Origin: Octopus vulgaris
Taxonomy: Eukaryota
Length of the DNA stretch: 64,000 nt
Assembly (NCBI GenBank): GCA_951406725.2
Contig: OX597826.1
Coordinates: 65,472,001-65,536,000 of the forward strand
Reading direction: 5' to 3'
In this document: positions 1 through 9,810 of the stretch, in pieces
How the letters are laid out: each line of letters opens with the position of its first letter
Numbering within the stretch: position 1 is the first letter of the stretch
Notes under the pieces: model-generated
The model's input: only the letters and a program-made list of their open reading frames with translations
Told to the model about the DNA's origin: nothing
Database searches by the model: none
Position numbers and translations under genes: made by a program

Positions 1-1139
1 ATATGTATTTTATGGCTTTTGAATAATTCGTTGAGAATAGAACCGCGTGCAATCGTATTTTCCTAAACGATACGACCAAGCGTGATCCTATTTCTTACAC
101 ATGCTTCAGCAACTCTGAGCGTGAAAAAATGTTTCCGAAAGTCATGGGAGCTGTGTTGTTTTCTGAAAAGTTAGACACATGGAGATAATGTCATGATGTA
201 CATTGAACTGAAGTATATTTAATTATTTTTAGTTTTATTTTTCTTCTGGCGGTCATATCTATTTATAGGTGTGATTTGGAAATTCCAACTTCTTCAGTTT
301 GTGCATTCATGCACACACACACACATATACACACACACACGGATAGTATGGCTATAATACATGTGTGGGTGATATAAATACCAGAGATGGATTCCTCTTG
401 CCTTCTTTCATCAACTATAGCCACTTTGGACAAGTTTCAGCTGTCATGCCTATCTCCTTGGCTTTCTTCTGGGTTCCACTCATAACTTCTCTGGAAATAG
501 CACACTGATCCAGCCGGGAAGTTGCAGTAGCTAACTTTGTTGTGTAATAAGGCCACATGCCATCTCTTGACCAGGGTCTCATCAACTTTGTCCCATTTCG
601 TTTCCTTTACCTGGTGGGAAATCTAAAATCTGGTTTTTCCAGTTTCCTTCACAGTTTCAGTTTTCCACACTTTTCATCTTGTTGGTGTGTCCTACTTACT
701 CAACCTCAGAGAGAAGTAATGACACGGAAAAAATCGATTATCACTAAGAAAAAAAAACTCGGATTTTTTTTATTCAACCTCAGAGAGAAGCAATGAAGTA
801 ATGACACGGAAAAAGACTGCAGTGGCCACTTTTGCTTTGTGACTTTGTCACAACTTGGGTAGAGGCAATGGAAAAGCTGTGCAGTAAGTTCATGCAAAGG
901 TGGTCAGGCGTTCCCCCAAATTTCAGTTCAGTGGTCAGTAAGTTCATACAGAGGTGGTCAGGCATTCCCCACAAATTTCGGAGCCAAAAATTGCAAAAAG
1001 ATATTTTTGGTACTGAAATGTTTAATTTTTGTGTGGGGGGAGAGAGAGAGAAAGAGAAAGAGAAAGAGAGAGAGAGAGAGTGAGTGGTTGACAAAGTTTA
1101 CCTAAACATTGAATGGGTAACAATCTATCATGATTATAT

Positions 1140-1230
1140 ATCATCATCATCATCACCATCATCGTTCAACTTCTGCTTTCCCTGATGGCATGGGTTGATC
1201 AGTTTGACTGAGGACTGGCAAGCCAGGAAA
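1140..1230 (-). mobile_element. 3' tail fragment of a non-autonomous retroposon with a (GAT)n tail
   Basis: (CAT)n followed by cgttcaac...ctttcc...catgggttg...tttgactgagg; the same sequence recurs at 30486-30530 and 35302-35365. Confidence 0.5.
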
Positions 1231-1496
1231 ATCTATTCAGAATTATTATATATATTATATGCAGTGATTTTATGGGGTAGGAAAAAGATATTTTGTTAAT
1301 ATTTTGCTTTTACTCCATTTCACTCATACATGCAAAAACTCTAACATGTTTTTTTAAAGATGAATTTATCTTCTATCTCTCCACTGACTTCAATAACCTC
1401 TTCATCTTCACTTATTCATTTCAAGCATCTTTTAATTTTCAATCTAATGTAATCCACACTCTCTCGAAAATATATTTCTGCAAAATGTTATACTTT

Positions 1497-1758
1497 AGGA
1501 AACATTTTTCACGCTGAAGCATGGAACAAACTGCCGTCATCAGTTGTTAGTTGTCGGAGCACTGCATCCTTCAAAACTTCCATGCTTCCTGAGATTCGCC
1601 AACACTACACCTGATTTTCTCCCCTACGTACACACACAAGCATGTATCTGGCTCATACATTGTTCGCTTTCCAGACATTTGTACATTACTGCATATACTT
1701 TATACGCACTTTCTGACAAGTTGTGGTGCACCTGAGCACTGTATACAATAATTTCATT

Positions 1759-1760
<2 letters not shown>
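1497..1760 (+). mobile_element. 5'-truncated CR1/L2-group LINE 3' end (ORF2 C-terminus plus 3'UTR) with (ATT)n tail
   Basis: 1516-1614 translates EAWNKLPSSVVSCRSTASFKTSMLPEIRQHYT*, matching the WNxLPxxVVxxxSxxxFK C-terminal motif of CR1-group RTs; followed by a ~145-nt UTR and an ATT tail. Confidence 0.7.

Positions 1761-1761
<1 letters not shown>

Positions 1762-1791
<30 letters not shown>
1762..1791 (+). repeat. (ATT)10 microsatellite, left flank of the Tx1 array
   Basis: Read directly; (ATT)8 also at 7651-7674 and 13525-13548, (ATT)6 at 19386-19403. Confidence 0.95.
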
Positions 1792-1792
<1 letters not shown>

Positions 1793-2010
1793 CTTCCGAC
1801 GCCGATGGACGTACGTGAATCAGCTCTGTGAGTTTTGTGCCAATTTTATTGGAAATTTTTTAATAAGCTTGATTATTTTTTAATATTTTTGTAGCCAAAC
1901 CGACCGGCTTCTTGCGGAGCTCGTCGGTTGGGCGAAATTTTGCCCCATTCGGGGTGAAATTACTGTCTATCCTTTTGAAATTGACATTTTTTGCACACAC
2001 ACATTACAAA

Positions 2011-3043
2011 ATGGCACTAAAACGAGCTGCTGGCTCTTCCCTCCTTCTTGCAACACCCCCTACAAGAACAAAAAAAAATAACGTCACGGGTTACGTACAA
2101 CCCATTTCAGGCCGTAAAAGGCAACAAAGCTCCTCCTTCCGAACCGGAGAGCACGCGCTCGGTTCAAAAGGAGAATGCATGCCAGGACGTCGCGTTCGAC
2201 GTCACTCTTGATTTCCCCCCTCTGCCTTCAACAAGTGATGCTGTACCGAAGGGGGAGGTAAAGAAAATTATAACAGACACAAACACAGACAAGAACCAAC
2301 AAAAAACTGTAAAAGCTTCTAACGATTTTGCTTCTGCTGCGAAGCAAATTTCGGAAGATGTAGAAATTACAATGGAGGACATAAAAATGGCACAAGATTT
2401 GTTGAGAAAGGAGGGGAACAGTGTTTTCCTCAACACACCTCAACAACTCACACAAGAAACAAGCAAAAGAACAATCTTTTATAAAGTCTTCGAAAAGAAA
2501 ACTAAAAGATTGTTTAACGCCACACCACAACAGTTGGAGATGGCTCTGAAGCCCATTTGGGGCCAGAAGAGCTATGTGACAAGAGGAAGCGATTTGGAAC
2601 CGTGGAGGTTCGCTTCCCAACAGAGGAGCTTGCAAGGGCAAACGCCATTTCGCCCTTGCAAAATGAACATTTGTTCCTCGTCCCGACGTACCTCGGGCGT
2701 AAGGTACAAAAAATAACCATAAGCACAATACCCCCCGAACAGAAAATCTCATGGCTAGTGGCGGCTGTCCTCTATGGCATAGAGGACACTGCCACTATTC
2801 TGAATGTTCGGAGGGTACGAGAAAAGAACTGGTCAGGCATGGGTATTCAACTGCTGGTACAGATCCAGCAGGAAAACATCAATGCCATACCTGACTTTGT
2901 CATCTTGCTGGATGGGACCAGGCTAAATGTTATTGTAGAGGGGCGAAAGCCAAAATGTTTCCTCTGCAGTAGCGAAAGCCACCTAAAAAGGGACTGCCCC
3001 ATTCAAAAAAAGAGAATGGAGGAGTATAGCAAGAGGCAGCAGC

Positions 3044-3074
<31 letters not shown>

Positions 3075-3897
3075 CAAGCAACAACAACAGAAACAACAAA
3101 AACAGCAAGAAAAACCAAAGGCTGCCACACCACCAACACCATCACCAACACCAGCACCAAGACGAACAACACCACCTCCAACAACAACAACCACCACCAA
3201 ACCAACACCGACAACCACCACCAAACCAACACCGACACCAGTACCTCGAAGGTCGACAGCAGCGACATCAACAGTAACAGGAGCAGCGGCACCACCGATA
3301 CCGGCGGAACCTAAAACTTTTCGTCCTGCTACTGAAGCAGACCCCTCAACCATTCCTTTGCCGGATGAAGAGATCTCGGATTGTGCGAGCTCGGATTCCA
3401 ACAAAGGAGAATGGAATATAGTACCTCCAAAAAAGAAAAGGAGGAAAAAACAAAAAGTTTTACAGGGGAAGCACGAACAAATAGTATTTCCCAACATCAA
3501 CAACAACATCAACAACAACACACACTCACAACAACAAACAACAACAACAACACTTTCGACACCACTACTGCCACTACCACAGACACAAACAAACGCAGAC
3601 ACAATTACAGACACGATTACAGCAGTGAATACAAGAAACCAGGAACTGGTTGAGTATTTGAAAAACAAAACAAGCACAAACATTACAGATTTCATAATAC
3701 CTACACACAACACACCACCAGCACACATTCTCACAATAAAAATAAACAAAACAGTGTACAATGAAATAAAACAAATATTCCCTAACGATGTGGGATCGTT
3801 AGGGAAAAGTTTCTCTCAGAAACTTTACAAAAATATTATTGAAGCACCCGTGCAAAAGCACAAGGGAGCCACCCCCACCACCAACAACAGTAAGTAG
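2011..3897 (+). CDS. ORF1 nucleic-acid-binding protein, copy 1 (frameshifts at ~2070 and ~2585)
   Basis: MALKRAAG start is homologous to copy-3 MAMKRTVG; CX2CX4HX4C knuckle CFLCSSESHLKRDC; polyQ and P/T-rich linker; basic PPKKKRRKK motif. Reconstructed from ORFs 1912-2211, 2048-2716 and 2557-3897. Confidence 0.8.
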
Positions 3898-3936
3898 AGC
3901 CTTTTTTCTCCTTTTTTTTTCCCTAATTCTTGAGAC

Positions 3937-6900
3937 ATGGCAAATCTTAGAATCGGTTGCTTGAATGTGAGAGGCCTCGGGTCACCTTGGAAACAGGGTC
4001 ACCTGTTAAACGACCTGAGGTTTCATGATGTGGATATAGCAGCCATCAGTGAAACCAGGCTCTCCGACCCGCAGGAACTCGCAGCCCTTTTCGGCGGATA
4101 CGAGATATTTCTATCTCCGTGTCGGCCGGGAGCGGGCGGTGGTGGTACTGCGGTGTTGTTTCGGAAGGGCCTGGACCTGAAAATAAGAACAGTCTTCTTG
4201 GATCCGGAAGGTAAGTTGGTGGTCCTCGACGTGGACGGTAGTGACGGCGGTGCTTTCAGACTGCTGGCTGCCTACGCTCCGACAGGAGCAGGGCAGTCGG
4301 ATTATTTCAAACGTCTGGAAGTTTTCCTGGGAACGTCACGCACTCTAGTACTAGTTGGGGATTGGAACGCTGTCTTAGACGAACGTTTCGATCGGGTGGG
4401 CAGGGGAGCGTCTGTTAGGAGAGGGGGTGGGTGCAAGAGCCTCGCCAACCTACTCGGCCGCTTTCAGCTGTCCGACAGGTTTCGACTAGACAACCCGAAT
4501 GTGCCAATGTGGACTTGGACAAACCGCATCGGGTCGTCTAGATCGTACTTAGATAGAGTGTTTTGTAGGCCAGCGGATAAGGACAGCGTAGGGTGTCCAC
4601 AATTCCACCTAGTCGAATATACGGACCACAAATTAGTGATCTGTACGGTCGACTTAGATAGGCTACATAGACAGGGACCCGGCTACTGGAAGCTGAACGC
4701 GTCGTTAACGGCGTGCAAAGCTTACAGAGACCGGATTAGTTTACTAGTTAAGCGGGCGCTCACGGGGGCAATCATCAACAACAACTGGTGGTTTGCCCTC
4801 AAGAGAGCAATTAGAGTAGAGTCGATTAGGTATAGTAAGACTCTAGCTATTGAACGTAGGAAGAGAGAGCGGGATTTAGTTAAGAAACTAGACGAGGCTC
4901 TTGACACTGGCATCGCGACCGACGTGTTGGCGGCAAGGTTGGCCCTCGACCAACACTTCGACGCCAAACACGAAGGCTGCGTTGTCAGAGCTAAGGCACG
5001 TTCGCTAAGCGGGGAGGGGACTAGAGCCGCTCGATGGGCCCGCGTGGCGGAGGCGAAGCGAGGCAACAGAGCAACCATTCGGTCTTTGGTGGACCAGAAC
5101 GGGCGCGAGGTTACCCAACCGAAGCAGATGTGTACGGTACTTCAGCGGCACTTTGCTCAACTGTTTGGGACGAGCGGTGGAACGGACACCAACGGTACAG
5201 ACTTCGGTGTGTACCTGGACGGACTGCCGCAACTCTCGGACAGCGAGGCAGAGTGCTGCGAAGGACCGATATCTGCCTGGGAAGTACAGGAAGCGATGAA
5301 GAGTTGCACGAGAGGTAGATCGCCGGGTTTGGATGGTCTGCCCTACGAGCTTTACTTTTCAATGCCAGACTTGTTTGCGGACCTGTTGGCAAACGTCTAC
5401 TGCAACTGGCAGCAAAACGGGAGAATTCCTGCTTTTGTCTGTCGAGGGGTGGTGGCTTTGCTAAAGAAGGACCCAAACAAGGGGGACGTTATAGGCAATT
5501 TCCGGCCCATCACTCTGCTCAATGCAGAGTTGAAGATTTTGGCCAAGGTGCTAGCCAAGAGATTGGCGCTTGTCGTGGACAAGCTGGTCGGCGGGACGCA
5601 GACATGCGCCGTGCCGACCAGGTCGATACACGACAACCTCCATCTCATGCGCTACATCATAGAGAGGGTGGGTAACGACGCTGGCGCGGGTGGGGCTTTG
5701 ATCAACTTGGATCAGAGTAAAGCCTTCGATAGGGTCGACCATCGGTACCTGGCAGCTGTCCTCAAGGCAGCCGGCTTCGGTCCAGTCTTCCGCGGGTGGA
5801 TCGCTGCTTTATACAGCAACATCTGCTCGGTGATACGGGTGAACGGTCACCTTTCGGAACCGTTCGACATCTCGCGTTCGGTCCGCCAAGGATGCCCTCT
5901 CTCCTCCCTCTTGTACATTTTGACTCTCGAGCCATTACTGCGCAAGTTGGAGGCTTTGAGGGGCATCCCGCGCGATCTAGGAGGCGGAAACAGCGTGTCT
6001 GCTTATGCCGACGACGTCACCGTGGTGGTGTCGAGCCACAGGCACATTGGCCTGATTGGCGAGACGCTAAACCAGTACGAAGCGGTGACAGGGGCAAAGA
6101 TTAACGCGGAAAAGTCTGTGGGCTTGCAACTGGGCACCTGGAGAGGCAAGCCCATGCCGTCCAACAGCGTCGTAGGGCGCTGGACAGACGGACCCGTTAA
6201 ACTGCTCGGGGTCTGGTTCGGTCCGGACCTCCAGGTGGATAAGAACTGGGAAGAGGTGACGAGCAGGGTGGCACGTCTCACCCAGAAATGGGCCGAGAGG
6301 AAGCTGTCCCTGAAAGGTCGAGCGGAGGTGGCGAATGCGTACATCGCATCCGTCATCTATTACCGCTTGACCGTCGTCCCTTGTCCCGACCGCTGGTTGG
6401 CCAAGCTGGTACACCTGCTCTTCGACTTTTTGTGGAAGGGTCAGGTGCCACTGGTCAGGCGATCCATCTGCTGTCAACGACCGCTGAACGGAGGCCTTGG
6501 AATGCCGTGGTTGCTGTTGCGCAGACATGCGCTCAGGCTGCGGCATCTCAAGCGCTTCCTAGACGGTGAACAGGTGTGGTCGTCTTTTGTCAGACGCGAT
6601 TTTCCGCAGCTCGTCTCTTTGACGGAGCTGCAGACCTGGATCAAACGTAGACCGAGAAAGGGCGCTTGGCACCTCGAGTGCCGTCAAGCCCTCTCCGCCC
6701 TCCACCAGGCGGGCAATGCGGTCGGTTACAGCTCCACTCTAGCGTTCTATAGAGGGTTAGTGGAGGAAAAATGCGACGACGTTCTCGGGGAAACTCTAGG
6801 CGTTGAAGACGACGAACTGAGCGGTCTGTTCGGGAGGACTTTCGGGCCGGGGCCGATGGATAATTTCCAGAGGTCTCTCGCCTGGCAGTGCTACCGAGGG

Positions 6901-7371
6901 GCTCTGCCTGTTCGAGATAAACTCTACCGGCACGGAAGTGCCGTCAGCCGGGCCTGCCCGAGGTGTTGCCAGGACGACGAAACCGTTCTGCACGCACTCG
7001 TCCAGTGCCCGAGTATTGCTGAAATATGGGTTTATGTCGAACAGCTACTGTCACGTGTAGGACGGATCCGACTATCGGCCGAATCCATAGTGAAGATTGC
7101 CCCGCCGACCTCCTTTAACAAGGAGGGCGAGGCCGTTTTCTTGTGCCTTGTGGCTGTGGCGAAAGAAGTCGTGTGGTGGACTCGTTTGAAAGGGCTAAAG
7201 TCAGACACTTTCCTCTTTGGTCAAGGCCTCATCAACTTTTTCAAGTTTCACTTGAAAAGGAAGATGAGGTTAGAGAGGAAAGTGCTGTCCGATAGCAAGT
7301 TTTATGAAAGGTGGGTGAATTGTGCGAGACTGGCCTGTATAAATGGACCAGTTCTCAGGTTTCGCCTGTGA
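3937..7371 (+). CDS. ORF2 polyprotein (APE endonuclease, reverse transcriptase, C-terminal zinc finger), intact 1144 aa
   Basis: APE motifs CLNVRGL, ISET, VGDWN, SYLDRVF, TDH; WKLN; RT motifs SPGLDG, FRPITLLN, DQSKAFDRV, VRQGCPLS, YADD; C-terminal CPRC..ETVLHALVQC. Confidence 0.96.
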   Translation: MANLRIGCLNVRGLGSPWKQGHLLNDLRFHDVDIAAISETRLSDPQELAALFGGYEIFLSPCRPGAGGGGTAVLFRKGLDLKIRTVFLDPEGKLVVLDVDGSDGGAFRLLAAYAPTGAGQSDYFKRLEVFLGTSRTLVLVGDWNAVLDERFDRVGRGASVRRGGGCKSLANLLGRFQLSDRFRLDNPNVPMWTWTNRIGSSRSYLDRVFCRPADKDSVGCPQFHLVEYTDHKLVICTVDLDRLHRQGPGYWKLNASLTACKAYRDRISLLVKRALTGAIINNNWWFALKRAIRVESIRYSKTLAIERRKRERDLVKKLDEALDTGIATDVLAARLALDQHFDAKHEGCVVRAKARSLSGEGTRAARWARVAEAKRGNRATIRSLVDQNGREVTQPKQMCTVLQRHFAQLFGTSGGTDTNGTDFGVYLDGLPQLSDSEAECCEGPISAWEVQEAMKSCTRGRSPGLDGLPYELYFSMPDLFADLLANVYCNWQQNGRIPAFVCRGVVALLKKDPNKGDVIGNFRPITLLNAELKILAKVLAKRLALVVDKLVGGTQTCAVPTRSIHDNLHLMRYIIERVGNDAGAGGALINLDQSKAFDRVDHRYLAAVLKAAGFGPVFRGWIAALYSNICSVIRVNGHLSEPFDISRSVRQGCPLSSLLYILTLEPLLRKLEALRGIPRDLGGGNSVSAYADDVTVVVSSHRHIGLIGETLNQYEAVTGAKINAEKSVGLQLGTWRGKPMPSNSVVGRWTDGPVKLLGVWFGPDLQVDKNWEEVTSRVARLTQKWAERKLSLKGRAEVANAYIASVIYYRLTVVPCPDRWLAKLVHLLFDFLWKGQVPLVRRSICCQRPLNGGLGMPWLLLRRHALRLRHLKRFLDGEQVWSSFVRRDFPQLVSLTELQTWIKRRPRKGAWHLECRQALSALHQAGNAVGYSSTLAFYRGLVEEKCDDVLGETLGVEDDELSGLFGRTFGPGPMDNFQRSLAWQCYRGALPVRDKLYRHGSAVSRACPRCCQDDETVLHALVQCPSIAEIWVYVEQLLSRVGRIRLSAESIVKIAPPTSFNKEGEAVFLCLVAVAKEVVWWTRLKGLKSDTFLFGQGLINFFKFHLKRKMRLERKVLSDSKFYERWVNCARLACINGPVLRFRL

Positions 7372-7893
7372 TTTCAAAGAAAAAGGTAATGTAAAAGGAG
7401 AAGAAAGGGGACTCTCTACACCCCTTTTTTTGACCAGGCTCCCGTTGGCTTTTGTAGGGTTTTTTCACCAGGAACCTTTCGAAACGTCTCCCCCTTTTGG
7501 GAGTTTTTCATTGTTTTAATAATCATTGTTTTAAAGATTTTTACACGGATTTTTTTAACAAACGGACAAAACCCTTTGTAACCTTTCGTCCTGTCTTGTC
7601 CCTTTATGTAATCATGCGTGTCAGCCCTTGTGGCCAATAAAAAAGAATTGATTATTATTATTATTATTATTATTCCTTCCGACGCCGATGGACGTACGTG
7701 AATCAGCTCTGTGAGTTTTGTGCCAATTTTATTGGAAATTTTTTAATAAGCTTGAATATTTTTTAATATTTTTGTAGCCAAACCGACCGGCTTCTTGCGG
7801 AGCTCGTCGGTTGGGCGAAATTTTGCCCCATTCGGGGTGAAATTACTGTCTATCCTTTTGAAATTGACATTTTTTGCACACACACATTACAAA

Positions 7894-8919
7894 ATGGCAC
7901 TAAAACGAGCTGCTGGCTCTTCCCTCCTTCTTGCAACACCCCCTACAAGAACAAAAAAAAATAACGTCACGGGTTACGTACAACCCATTTCAGGCCGTAA
8001 AAGGCAACAAAGCTCCTCCTTCCGAACCGGAGAGCACGCGCTCGGTTCAAAAGGAGAATGCATGCCAGGACGTCGCGTTCGACGTCACTCTTGATTTCCC
8101 CCTCTGCCTTCAACAAGTGATGCTGTACCGAAGGGGAGGTAAAGAAAATTATAACAGACACAAACACAGACAAGAACCAACAAAAAACTGTAAAAGCTTC
8201 TAACGATTTTGCTTCTGCTGCGAAGCAAATTTCGGAAGATGTAGAAATTACAATGGAGGACATAAAAATGGCACAAGATTTGTTGAGAAAGGAGGGGAAC
8301 AGTGTTTTCCTCAACACACCTCAACAACTCACACAAGAAACAAGCAAAAGAACAATCTTTTATAAAGTCTTCGAAAAGAAAACTAAAAGATTGTTTAACG
8401 CCACACCACAACAGTTGGAGATGGCTCTGAAGCCCATTTGGGGCCAGAAGAGCTATGTGACAAGAGGGAAGCGATTTGGAACCGTGGAGGTTCGCTTCCC
8501 AACAGAGGAGCTTGCAAGGGCAAACGCCATTTCGCCCTTGCAAAATGAACATTTGTTCCTCGTCCCGACGTACCTCGGGCGTAAGGTACAAAAAATAACC
8601 ATAAGCACAATACCCCCGAACAGAAAATCTCATGGCTAGTGGCGGCTGTCCTCTATGGCATAGAGGACACTGCCACTATTCTGAATGTTCGGAGGGTACG
8701 AGAAAAGAACTGGTCAGGCATGGGTATTCAACTGCTGGTACAGATCCAGCAGGAAAACATCAATGCCATACCTGACTTTGTCATCTTGCTGGATGGGACC
8801 AGGCTAAATGTTATTGTAGAGGGGCGAAAGCCAAAATGTTTCCTCTGCAGTAGCGAAAGCCACCTAAAAGGGACTGCCCCATTCAAAAAAAGAGAATGGA
8901 GGAGTATAGCAAGAGCAGC

Positions 8920-8950
<31 letters not shown>

Positions 8951-9772
8951 CAAGCAACAACAACAGAAACAACAAAAACAGCAAGAAAAACCAAAGGCTG
9001 CCACACCACCAACACCATCACCAACACCAGCACCAAGACGAACAACACCACCTCCAACAACAACAACCACCACCAAACCAACACCGACAACCACCACCAA
9101 ACCAACACCGACACCAGTACCTCGAAGGTCGACAGCAGCGACATCAACAGTAACAGGAGCAGCGGCACCACCGATACCGGCGGAACCTAAAACTTTTCGT
9201 CCTGCTACTGAAGCAGACCCCTCAACCATTCCTTTGCCGGATGAAGAGATCTCGGATTGTGCGAGCTCGGATTCCAACAAAGGAGAATGGAATATAGTAC
9301 CTCCAAAAAGAAAAGGAGGAAAAAACAAAAAGTTTTACAGGGGAAGCACGAACAAATAGTACTTCCCAACATCAACAACAACATCAACAACAACACACAC
9401 TCACAACAACAAACAACAACAACAACACTTTCGACACCACTACTGCCACTACCACAGACACAAACAAACACAGACACAATTACAGACACGATTACAGCAG
9501 TGAATACAAGAAACCAGGAACTGGTTGAGTATTTGAAAAACAAAACAAGCACAAACATTACAGATTTCATAATACCTACACACAACACACCACCAGCACA
9601 CATTCTCACAATAAAAATAAACAAAACAGTGTACAATGAAATAAAACAAATATTCCCTAACGATGTGGGATCGTTAGGGAAAAGTTTCTCTCAGAAACTT
9701 TACAAAAATATTATTGAAGCACCCGTGCAAAAGCACAAGGGAGCCACCCCCACCACCAACAACAGTAAGTAG
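7894..9772 (+). pseudogene. ORF1, copy 2 (several short deletions, mostly in homopolymers; possibly sequencing error)
   Basis: Fragments 7931-8203, 8253-8639, 8639-9190 and 9257-9772 match copy-1 ORF1. Confidence 0.75.
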
Positions 9773-9810
9773 AGCCTTTTTTCTCCTTTTTTTTCCCTAA
9801 TTCTTGAGAC

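Larger units (their letters stand above)
1792..7650 (+). mobile_element. Tx1-clade (L1 group) non-LTR retrotransposon, full-length copy 1
   Basis: Starts CCTTCCGACGCC directly after (ATT)n, has two ORFs, ends AATAAAAAAGAATTG then (ATT)n; the same termini occur in all three copies. Confidence 0.93.

Noticed and set aside
385-700. Possible decayed non-LTR (HERO/NeSL-like) coding remnant on the minus strand (FPPGK..KWDKVDETLV)
   Set aside because: Needs several frameshifts and has no catalytic motif; cannot be supported without a profile search
700-980. Two pairs of short direct repeats (TCAACCTCAGAGAGAAG..; CAGTAAGTTCAT..GGTGGTCAGGC)
   Set aside because: Only two copies each, degenerate, no spacer regularity; not CRISPR-like and probably internal to an old repeat
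2930-3774. Antisense ORFs rich in V/C/L over ORF1, and other short ORFs overlapping ORF2
   Set aside because: Shadow frames of CAA/ACA-rich or GC-rich coding sequence, reproduced in each copy only because the DNA is repeated
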